A stretch of 42,263 nt of DNA from a virus. The translations under genes and the position numbers were made by a program. Below the pieces are notes generated by a model that was given only the letters and a program-made list of their open reading frames with translations, did not search any database and was not told the origin of the DNA. The stretch lies in the IMG/VR virus record IMGVR_UViG_3300021256_000029, positions 1-42,263 of that record. The stretch is one strand, 5' to 3'. This document shows positions 14,436 to 21,858 of this stretch, piece after piece. The number at the start of each line of letters is the position of its first letter. Position 1 is the stretch's first letter.

Positions 14436-14581
14436 AGTTTTACCATAATTTTTACACAAAAAGTTAATTTTTCCGAAAATTCGTTTTAAGACACTTTTAC
14501 GGCACGGACAATAACTTGTACCACCCGGACCGGGAAACGCGCTAAAAATGGCCTAAAAATGCGAAATCCGGGATGGGACGG

Positions 14582-14612
14582 AAAAACCGGCCGCGTTTCG
14601 CAACGGGGCCGG
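14582..14612 (-). terminator. Intrinsic terminator at the end of the late region
   Basis: The minus strand reads CCGGCCCCG-TTGCGAAA-CGCGGCCGG followed by TTTTT. Confidence 0.7.
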
Positions 14613-14653
14613 TGTTAGTAGTAGTGACTATTCATTGGGTATTAAACCAATTG

Positions 14654-14661
14654 CAAAGATA
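14654..14661 (-). promoter_or_regulatory. -7 box TATCTTTG (GAAAAATAAACG-TATCTTTG-CA) immediately after the spanin-like stop
   Basis: Exact TAnnTTTG with class-II flanks. Only a hairpin and the terminator lie downstream. Confidence 0.35.
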
Positions 14662-14664
14662 CGT

Positions 14665-15288
14665 TTATTTTTCGATAACGATATATTCCAAACCTTTTAT
14701 GGAATTATGCGGCGATTTTGAAACGCAATCCAATTGGCGGTTCTTTACTTTGTTGGTCCGCCACAAAAACCCAAGAAAACGTTTATATTGGACCGTTTCG
14801 ACCAACAACAGGGAATCCCGGTGTTCCAACTTTCCCGTAAATTCGTCCCGTGTCAAAACTCCCGAAAAATCAAACCACGCGTCCCCGCAATGGACCGAAA
14901 CGGCCGGGATAGGTATGGAATCCCGGACAATGAACGTGTCCCGGGGCGCGGCCCGTAATTCAATGATGGTTTCCGATTGCGTCTTATTGATGGCGGCCAA
15001 ATCCCGGTTGCGGGCTTTCAACTGTTTTATCAATGCCGCATCGGCCGCCCGGAACCGTTCAAATTCCTTTACGGTCAATTCAAGCGATTGCACCCGGGCG
15101 GCGTTCAACGAATCCCGGACCCGGTACGTTTCCACGTCGGACAACAACGTTTCCGTGTTGTTCCGGTATTTGTCCCGTTCGGCGGACAACCTGTTAATGG
15201 TTCGGTCCGCCCATACAACCGATACAACCGTAATGGCCGCCGCAATAATAACGACGGCCAAGACGGCGAATTTAACCCACGTTTTCAT
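14665..15288 (-). CDS. Spanin-like / lysis-associated membrane-anchored coiled-coil protein (207 aa)
   Basis: ATG at 15286-15288 (MKTWVKFAVLAVVIIAAAITVV... is the N-terminal TM), then coiled-coil-like sequence. It is the last gene of the lysis cluster. TAATG overlap with the upstream gene. Confidence 0.45.
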   Translation of the reverse strand: MKTWVKFAVLAVVIIAAAITVVSVVWADRTINRLSAERDKYRNNTETLLSDVETYRVRDSLNAARVQSLELTVKEFERFRAADAALIKQLKARNRDLAAINKTQSETIIELRAAPRDTFIVRDSIPIPAVSVHCGDAWFDFSGVLTRDEFTGKLEHRDSLLLVETVQYKRFLGFLWRTNKVKNRQLDCVSKSPHNSIKGLEYIVIEK

Positions 15289-15656
15289 TATTCGGCGGGC
15301 GGGATTGAACCTTTGTCGGTCGAATTGTAGGCCCAACCGCTTTCCGTATGGTCATACGAAACGGTTTCAACCGTGGACGCATCGGTGTACGTCAAGCACA
15401 AACCGCCGTTTTCGGCGTCTTTGTACGAAACGACGTACAGGTGTTTTGCGGTTCCGGTTTTCTTGGCAACCTTTGCGCCGATTTCCAACGCGTCAAGTTG
15501 TGCGCCGGTCAACGCCGTAATGTCGTCAACCTCAATGGGCGTGGCGGCGGCCGCAAGGGCGGAAAGGATGGCGGGCAATGCGCCGCCCGCATCAACGGCG
15601 GACCCTTGGCCCGCAATCTTGGCGTTAATCAACGCCATAAGTTCGGATTGTGTCAT
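15288..15656 (-). CDS. Hypothetical protein (122 aa) with fibre-N-terminus-like start
   Basis: ATG start about 25 nt downstream of its own promoter. The N-terminus ELMALINAKIAGQGSAVDAGGALPAILSAL loosely parallels the fibre N-terminus ATLKAAIAAAIKQNGNNEITGNLLQQQLLAMVDSL. Confidence 0.5.
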   Translation of the reverse strand: MTQSELMALINAKIAGQGSAVDAGGALPAILSALAAAATPIEVDDITALTGAQLDALEIGAKVAKKTGTAKHLYVVSYKDAENGGLCLTYTDASTVETVSYDHTESGWAYNSTDKGSIPPAE

Positions 15657-15686
15657 AAGGCAATAGACGTTAAAGGTTTACGGATA

Positions 15687-15717
15687 CAAAGATATTAAAT
15701 TTTCGACGTCCGACAAA
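15687..15717 (-). promoter_or_regulatory. Internal promoter inside the lysis cluster
   Basis: On the minus strand, -33 TTTG lies at 15714-15717 (inside the amidase 3' end). After a 19-nt spacer, -7 TATCTTTG lies at 15687-15694. Confidence 0.55.
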
Positions 15718-16189
15718 TTGCAATTGGAAATTCGCTTTTTACGTCAAAACACGGACATTGTTTTATCCATTCGTTCCGGGATATTACGCCGTCCCCGTTT
15801 TTGTCCGGGCTTGCGTCCCGATGGCCGATTACCTCAACAATCGGGTATTCGTCCATCAACTTGTAAACAAGATTGGCCAACGCCAATTTTTGTTCCGGGG
15901 TCCGGGTATCGGCCGGGTTCCCGGACGCATCCAACCCGCCCACGTAACAAATGCCGATGGAATGTTTGTTGTACGCCACGCCGGACAATCCGGCCGTGTT
16001 GCAATGTGCGCCGTCCCTGTTCAACGGGCGGCCCACCTCAACCGCCCCGTCCAAGTCAATGACGTAATTATACCCAATACAGGCAAAGCCGCGTTCTTTG
16101 TGCCATTTATCAATATCGGCGGCCCGGACGTCTTGGCCCGCCCGGGTTGCCGAACAATGAATAACGATTGCATCAATTTTGTTCATCAT
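15695..16189 (-). CDS. N-acetylmuramoyl-L-alanine amidase (Amidase_2/PGRP, T7-lysozyme-like) endolysin
   Basis: IVIHCSAT, GYNYVIDLDG, GAHC...NKHSIGICYVGG and HRD... match the zinc-amidase endolysin pattern. 164 aa. Confidence 0.85.
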   Translation of the reverse strand: MMNKIDAIVIHCSATRAGQDVRAADIDKWHKERGFACIGYNYVIDLDGAVEVGRPLNRDGAHCNTAGLSGVAYNKHSIGICYVGGLDASGNPADTRTPEQKLALANLVYKLMDEYPIVEVIGHRDASPDKNGDGVISRNEWIKQCPCFDVKSEFPIAICRTSKI

Positions 16190-16532
16190 CTTTTTCGTTT
16201 GGGTCCCTGTAACCGCAACGGTTGCAACGCTTTTTCAAACGGTCATCGTTGGCAACATCAACAGGACATACAATATTGGGGTCCGTATATTTGTGTTTGC
16301 AAAAATGGGATTGCATAATAACGGACGATTTTTCGGCCGAATCCAACTTTTCCCGTTCATAATCCGCGTTTCTCTGTTCATAAAACTTTTTTTGTTCGGT
16401 CAAAAGTTCCATAAACATATCATACGGGGTTTTCTTTTTGTCAACCCGGGCTTTTATTACGGCCCAAAGACCGCCGCCGGTAATGACCCCGGCGGCAATC
16501 TTGGCCAATTCAATCCAAAAGTTTGTTTCCAT
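16173..16532 (-). CDS. Holin-like protein (119 aa, one N-terminal TM, charged C-terminus)
   Basis: The TM segment is FWIELAKIAAGVITGGGLWAVI. The gene sits immediately upstream of the endolysin and overlaps it by 17 nt. Confidence 0.4.
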   Translation of the reverse strand: METNFWIELAKIAAGVITGGGLWAVIKARVDKKKTPYDMFMELLTEQKKFYEQRNADYEREKLDSAEKSSVIMQSHFCKHKYTDPNIVCPVDVANDDRLKKRCNRCGYRDPNEKDDEQN

Positions 16533-16534
16533 AC

Positions 16535-18820
16535 TTACAAACCGAAATAGTATTTAACACAATCGTCTGTTCCGCCAACGTAAAGTTGTCCGGCGTTCCG
16601 CTTGGCAATACAATATTCAATAATCGCCGCAATCTTGTTCAAACTGAATACCGACGTATCGCCGTCCACCAAGTCCGCCGCGTGACCGTAAAACGTCATA
16701 ATTTGGTCGTTGGTTATGGAATCGTCAATGTATTCTTCGATTTCCGCCAATGTGTGGGATTGCATCGAATAACGGTGCAAATCGCACGGGTCTTGGTTTC
16801 GTCCGTTTGCCGTCGGGCTTGACGTTCCCGATGTGAACGCGTATGCGTGGAACAACTTTAATATCGGCATAAATTCGGCGGCCATTGACGACGACGGCGC
16901 GACAAATCCATTACATACCATTCCCGCGCCCTGTATGCGGTACAATGCGGTTTGTATTGCGGCCATTGCGGTTTGATATGTATAATTTGTTGTGTCGTAA
17001 ATTGTCCCGTTAATACTGTGGTTCATAATTTGGAACCCTTTTCGTTGATAACCAACATAACGCGGGCCGTGTTCCAAAATATTGCTTTCGCTTGCAATAA
17101 AAGCAAATGCGCACGTTAGTTTATAAGTTTCAAATAACGCAACAATTTGCGAATCCTTTGCGGGAATATCGTCAAATTGGAAAGACACACACGGCAATTT
17201 CGTTTTTGGATATAACTTGATTGGCGAATATGCCGGTTTGCCATATTCGTTAATATCCTTTATTTGGTCCGTTAAACTTATAAGACCTAAATAAGAATAA
17301 TTTTGCAAGTTGGCGTATCTATTTTCAATTCCGCCGGCGCAAGACAAACGCATATAATACGCGCCATCCGGAACAGTAAAGACCGCAACGCCCGAACTCT
17401 CGTTTTGGTAATATTGATTATGATACACTTTGTCTGCATCATAAAAACAAATTGCCGCATTTGAATTTTGTCGCGTGTTTGTTAAAAATTGTTGGCCCGG
17501 CGCACACGGGAAAAATCCGGTTGCGGTATATGTGGCGTGTCCTGTTAGTTGTCCGCTTGATTTATCAATGAAGCCGGAAAGGGAAAAATCAGAATCGACA
17601 ATATTATAAAAACCGGGTTCCCCGAGTTTAATTATGTCGGGGAAATTAACCGTATTCGGGTCCGTGGAAATTACCTTATTGTTAATTAAAATCCCGTCCC
17701 CGGCCGTATATTCATCCGCCGCATCCATATAACAGGGACCGGCAAAAACATATTCCGGATTTGTGTTTAATGCGTTAAACACATAACCATATATTCCGGC
17801 AATTCCCAATACTGACGAATCAATTAACGCGACAACACGTTTTCCGGAAACCGTCACATCCAAAGAAAATTCGAATGTTCTTTGGTCCAATTGTACATTG
17901 TAATAAAAAACTTGCACCCAATCGTTTGAACCACGTTGTTCGGAAATTCTAAGGTTAAAAACAGTTGCCGAAACCCAAAAAACGTAAACGGTATGTTTTT
18001 TTGTTGCATCGAATCCGTACAATTTAACGGTTTTGAAAATGTTATAAAGTTCGCGCCGTGTACCCTCAACGTACCCGCCAAAATCAATTACGTTATCAAT
18101 ATTTGCGTCACTCTCGTTCGCATATTTTTCCCATACGTCGCTTGTTTGCAATTCCGGAATATCTTGCAACGATTTATATTCGGTTATAAGTTTAGCAAAC
18201 CGGCCCTCCAAACTGTTTGTTGTGCTTATAATCATATAAAACGCACCGGATGGAACCGTTATTGTTTGCATTATGTCAATATTTATTCCGGAAATAAATG
18301 TTTTATTTTCGTTATAAAAACAAATTCCAACGTCCAATACGGCCCGAAGATATGAAAAAAATTGTTCCCCGGGAAAAACCGGGATATAATCGGAACGGGA
18401 AAAATTTACATTTTCAACAACTTGACCACTTGATTTGCTAACATACGAACCGGATATTGTTGCATAATATTTCGCCGTTTTGATGTTTGATATATCGGCG
18501 TCTTGTTTTAATGTTAGCGATTCAACGTTAATTGACCACGCGCCATTATATGAAAAAACGCCAATTTGCCCGTATCCAACCGTCGCTGAATTAAAATTTG
18601 GATATTGTCCCGGCTTAATTGCAATATAGAATACATTTTGGTCGGGCGTTCCCGGATTTGTGCTTGGCGTTGCAACACCGGCGAATTGGAAACCGGCGAC
18701 GCCCAAAGAATCAACCATTGCCAACAACTGTTGTTGTAACAAATTGCCGGTAATTTCATTGTTCCCGTTTTGCTTTATTGCGGCGGCAATGGCCGCTTTC
18801 AATGTTGCGTAATTTGCCAT
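16535..18820 (-). CDS. Tail fibre / receptor-binding protein with duplicated beta-sandwich-like domain and C-terminal polysaccharide-deacetylase (NodB/CE4)-like domain
   Basis: The ATG lies at 18818-18820 (MANYATLKAAI...); the track start at 18829 is TTG. Two paralogous ~88-aa segments lie at 18188-18445 and 17306-17572. The C-terminal part (16538-17197) has SFQFDD, MNHS, FVAPSS and TFYGHA in NodB-motif order. Confidence 0.6.
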   Translation of the reverse strand: MANYATLKAAIAAAIKQNGNNEITGNLLQQQLLAMVDSLGVAGFQFAGVATPSTNPGTPDQNVFYIAIKPGQYPNFNSATVGYGQIGVFSYNGAWSINVESLTLKQDADISNIKTAKYYATISGSYVSKSSGQVVENVNFSRSDYIPVFPGEQFFSYLRAVLDVGICFYNENKTFISGINIDIMQTITVPSGAFYMIISTTNSLEGRFAKLITEYKSLQDIPELQTSDVWEKYANESDANIDNVIDFGGYVEGTRRELYNIFKTVKLYGFDATKKHTVYVFWVSATVFNLRISEQRGSNDWVQVFYYNVQLDQRTFEFSLDVTVSGKRVVALIDSSVLGIAGIYGYVFNALNTNPEYVFAGPCYMDAADEYTAGDGILINNKVISTDPNTVNFPDIIKLGEPGFYNIVDSDFSLSGFIDKSSGQLTGHATYTATGFFPCAPGQQFLTNTRQNSNAAICFYDADKVYHNQYYQNESSGVAVFTVPDGAYYMRLSCAGGIENRYANLQNYSYLGLISLTDQIKDINEYGKPAYSPIKLYPKTKLPCVSFQFDDIPAKDSQIVALFETYKLTCAFAFIASESNILEHGPRYVGYQRKGFQIMNHSINGTIYDTTNYTYQTAMAAIQTALYRIQGAGMVCNGFVAPSSSMAAEFMPILKLFHAYAFTSGTSSPTANGRNQDPCDLHRYSMQSHTLAEIEEYIDDSITNDQIMTFYGHAADLVDGDTSVFSLNKIAAIIEYCIAKRNAGQLYVGGTDDCVKYYFGL

Positions 18821-18829
18821 AATATTCAA

Positions 18830-19702
18830 TTATTGGTTGTTAAAATCGTTGTTGAAATCGTTGTTAAAATCGCCGCCCGTTGGTTGGATGTATCCACGGC
18901 CGATTTTCTTGGCCACGGTCGCCGTGTCAAATTCGGCTTCCACGGCGGCCACGTCGCCATTATCTTCCCAATCGGGCGTAATTAAGAACGTGTCAAGATT
19001 GTAAATTTGTCCGTTCTTTTCGATGTGTGCGTAATCGGCCATCCGTATAAACCGCATTACATCCAACAGGTATTCGGACGCAAGGAACGAAAACCGGTAA
19101 TGTTTTTCGGAAATCTGTTTAATCGGGAAAAAGTAACCATCCCGGGTTTCGCCCTCTTCTTCAAACGGGTATTCCGGTTTTGCAATGTCCGCTTGCAAAT
19201 ACAACACATTGCGGAATTGCGTACCACCCGCATATTTGTAAACAATCGTTCCGGCGTCCATTGCGAAATCCTCATTGTCCCACCAAACGATTTTCAAATA
19301 TGGTTCAATGTCGTTTACAACCGTAAACATTTCGGAATGCCACGTTTGGGTTCCGTCCGAAATCGTGGCGTAATATTGGCCATTGGCAAATTGCGTGAAC
19401 ACGGGCGTTTGACCGCCGAACACGATTACATCATACCCAAGCGACGCGAACGGTTTAATGGAAATTCCGGCGTCCCGGATTGCTTGCGTAAAGTCCCCAA
19501 CCAACACGCCCGTTTTGGTATAAACACGGAATGATGTAATGGTTGTTCCGGCCCGATGGGTACGCAAGATTTGGAACGGCAACATAAACATTGCCGGGGT
19601 AAACAACGGGTAAATCCTGTTGTAAACCCACCATTTACGGGCGTTCTGTTGCTCAATGGATGTGTACCACGGCAATACGGATAAATTGTTATTCGGTATC
19701 AT
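18830..19702 (-). CDS. Tail tip/baseplate-associated structural protein (290 aa)
   Basis: ATG start. It lies between the large tail-tip protein and the fibre, and its stop abuts the fibre gene. No diagnostic motif found. Confidence 0.45.
   Translation of the reverse strand: MIPNNNLSVLPWYTSIEQQNARKWWVYNRIYPLFTPAMFMLPFQILRTHRAGTTITSFRVYTKTGVLVGDFTQAIRDAGISIKPFASLGYDVIVFGGQTPVFTQFANGQYYATISDGTQTWHSEMFTVVNDIEPYLKIVWWDNEDFAMDAGTIVYKYAGGTQFRNVLYLQADIAKPEYPFEEEGETRDGYFFPIKQISEKHYRFSFLASEYLLDVMRFIRMADYAHIEKNGQIYNLDTFLITPDWEDNGDVAAVEAEFDTATVAKKIGRGYIQPTGGDFNNDFNNDFNNQ
18836..18871. repeat. 3 x 12-bp tandem repeat (encodes DFNN-DFNN-DFNN at a protein C-terminus)
   Basis: The plus strand reads gttgttaaaatc / gttgttgaaatc / gttgttaaaatc. 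Confidence 0.9.
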
Positions 19703-21854
19703 ACTTTAACGTCGTGTTTGCGTTCCTTGACGACAAATTTACGGACATTTTTTGAATTGTCCCGTTGCCAAGTCCCGTTTTAATTAAATTGAACATATCC
19801 GGTTCCGTCAAGACCGGGAATTTGATGGTTTGGGTTTTCAACTTTTTAATACCACGTACCAATTGTTCAACGCCGTTTATTTCCACATTCCACGCTGGCA
19901 TATCAAACATATAATACCGTTGCAAGAACATAAACGAAACCCACGCATTTTGCAAGATATGGTCCGTTCCATCAAAGTCAAAATTAACATACGGCAATTT
20001 GTATTCGCCGCCCGTTAATTGTGCCGCCAACAAAACAAATCCATCCTTTGAAACGGCCCCGGGATTTAACAAGATATAATCCACGTCGGACGTGAATTGC
20101 GACACATCAATTTGTTCGATGTTGTCCGGGTTGACATACTTGGAAATAATGTCAATCGGGTATCCGTCGAAAAGTTCCGTAACGTCGTCCATCCAACCGA
20201 ATTGATAACGGGCCGCCATTTCCGGTTTGTCAAATTCGTATTGGTTCCGGGCATACGCCCACGGTTTCCCGTTCCGGGTTACAACCTGTTGCGTCAAGTC
20301 AATTCCAACAACAGGTTGGCCCGTATATGTTCCGCCACGCATAAAATACGATATATGTTCGATGCGGAACCGGTTTTGTTCATCAATGAACCAATAACAA
20401 CGGAAACAGTCGCGCAACATATCCGTAACGCGCTTTAATGTTATTGGGGCCTTTTGGGCCGGTTGGTCATAACCCGACGAAATAAGGTTGGATTTTGGCG
20501 TAATAAACAATCGTTGGTCAATATCTGTAATTGGGTTGGTATCATACAGGAATTGGGAATAATCCGTTGTTCCGTCGTGCGTAATTCCCGGCGCAATCTT
20601 TGCCAACAAAACAGATATAACGGACCAAATCGGGAACGCGTCTTTTAACGTGTATTCCTTGCGCCAATATTGTTCCGTCAACCAATCGAAAGCGTCAAAA
20701 ACAAACCACAAAGATATTCGGCCCCAAGCGGAACGGGCTATTGGGTACGCATCGCCAACGCCAACGCTTGCGGGTATTCCGGAATCATAATATAATCCCG
20801 GTTGATATATTCCCCATTTGGTTGGCGTCGTTGTAAGATAGTCGGAAAACCAAATTGTATTCGGGAAATAGTAACCAATAACACGGGAATAATTGCGGTT
20901 GTTTTCCACAATATCGTTTTCCGGGTCTATTGGATACGTATTCAATCCCATTGCCGAATCAACGTCACACACATAACGCGCAAAAACCGACATATCGTGT
21001 ATATAAATAGTTACAACACCCGTTGCGCCCGAACCCTCAACGGGCGACAAAACAACAGTGTATGGGATATTTCCAATTGACGCGTAAGTTTTATAATACC
21101 ACAATACAGGGTTTTCCCCCGTTCTTTTTAATGAAAATTTCCAAAAAGAACCGGTTTCCGGGTCGGATTCATTATAATTTATAATCAACGTAAAACCACC
21201 ACCCGTTAAAGACGTATCAAAACCGGACGGGTCCGTTGCGGTCAATATGTCGGGCAATTGCGGGGTCGTTGTTCCGGAAATTTCGCCAATACGCAGTGTT
21301 TTATTTTTCGAAAAATGGTATGTGTTTTCCAATTCGCTTTCATTGTCCACGGCTTCACATTCTTGTTCCCACCACATACCGGAAAGGAAACAACCGATAA
21401 CCGTTTGGCCCGGGACGTAAACTTGAATCATCGGCCGTTTATCCAACTTGACGGGTTGGATTACCGGGGCCAAATCAATCAAATTGTATTCCTTATCCAT
21501 ACCGGCCAAAACCGCGTTGTAACGGTCGTTGACGTTCGGCGTTACAATCGCGGTTTGGTCGTCCTCATTAAATTTGCAATCAGTTTTCCAAAATTGCCCG
21601 GACCAATAGACGGCCCACGTTTGGCCGCCATCGTATGAAATAGAAATTACAACGTCCAATTGCGTGTCGAACGCCTTTGACCGAATAAACAAGTAATCGT
21701 CTTTTTGGAACGTCAATTTGCCGGAAAATTTGCCCCGGTAAAATTCTTGGTTCTGTTCCAACGCGTAATCAATCGCCAAATCGTCCTTATACACGGGGAA
21801 CGCTTGGCGGGTATCATTTCCGGCGGAAAGTTGAAATTTGTAAATCGGGTTCAT
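19689..21854 (-). CDS. Large tail-tip protein (Dit/Tal-like by position), 721 aa
   Basis: It is the first gene after the tape measure, starting 4 nt after the tape-measure stop. The call is by position only. Confidence 0.45.
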   Translation of the reverse strand: MNPIYKFQLSAGNDTRQAFPVYKDDLAIDYALEQNQEFYRGKFSGKLTFQKDDYLFIRSKAFDTQLDVVISISYDGGQTWAVYWSGQFWKTDCKFNEDDQTAIVTPNVNDRYNAVLAGMDKEYNLIDLAPVIQPVKLDKRPMIQVYVPGQTVIGCFLSGMWWEQECEAVDNESELENTYHFSKNKTLRIGEISGTTTPQLPDILTATDPSGFDTSLTGGGFTLIINYNESDPETGSFWKFSLKRTGENPVLWYYKTYASIGNIPYTVVLSPVEGSGATGVVTIYIHDMSVFARYVCDVDSAMGLNTYPIDPENDIVENNRNYSRVIGYYFPNTIWFSDYLTTTPTKWGIYQPGLYYDSGIPASVGVGDAYPIARSAWGRISLWFVFDAFDWLTEQYWRKEYTLKDAFPIWSVISVLLAKIAPGITHDGTTDYSQFLYDTNPITDIDQRLFITPKSNLISSGYDQPAQKAPITLKRVTDMLRDCFRCYWFIDEQNRFRIEHISYFMRGGTYTGQPVVGIDLTQQVVTRNGKPWAYARNQYEFDKPEMAARYQFGWMDDVTELFDGYPIDIISKYVNPDNIEQIDVSQFTSDVDYILLNPGAVSKDGFVLLAAQLTGGEYKLPYVNFDFDGTDHILQNAWVSFMFLQRYYMFDMPAWNVEINGVEQLVRGIKKLKTQTIKFPVLTEPDMFNLIKTGLGNGTIQKMSVNLSSRNANTTLKYDTE

Positions 21855-21858
21855 CTTG

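Noticed and set aside
14573-15520. Long plus-strand ORFs: 14573..15520 (315 aa), 23079..24023 (314 aa), 28111..29001 (296 aa), 34894..35763 (289 aa), 3969..4697 (242 aa), and many others.
   Set aside because: They are antisense shadows of well-supported minus-strand genes. Their translations are low-complexity (R/P/G/F-rich) with no motifs. They exist because TAG, and stop codons generally, are scarce in all frames of this AG/CT-poor sequence.
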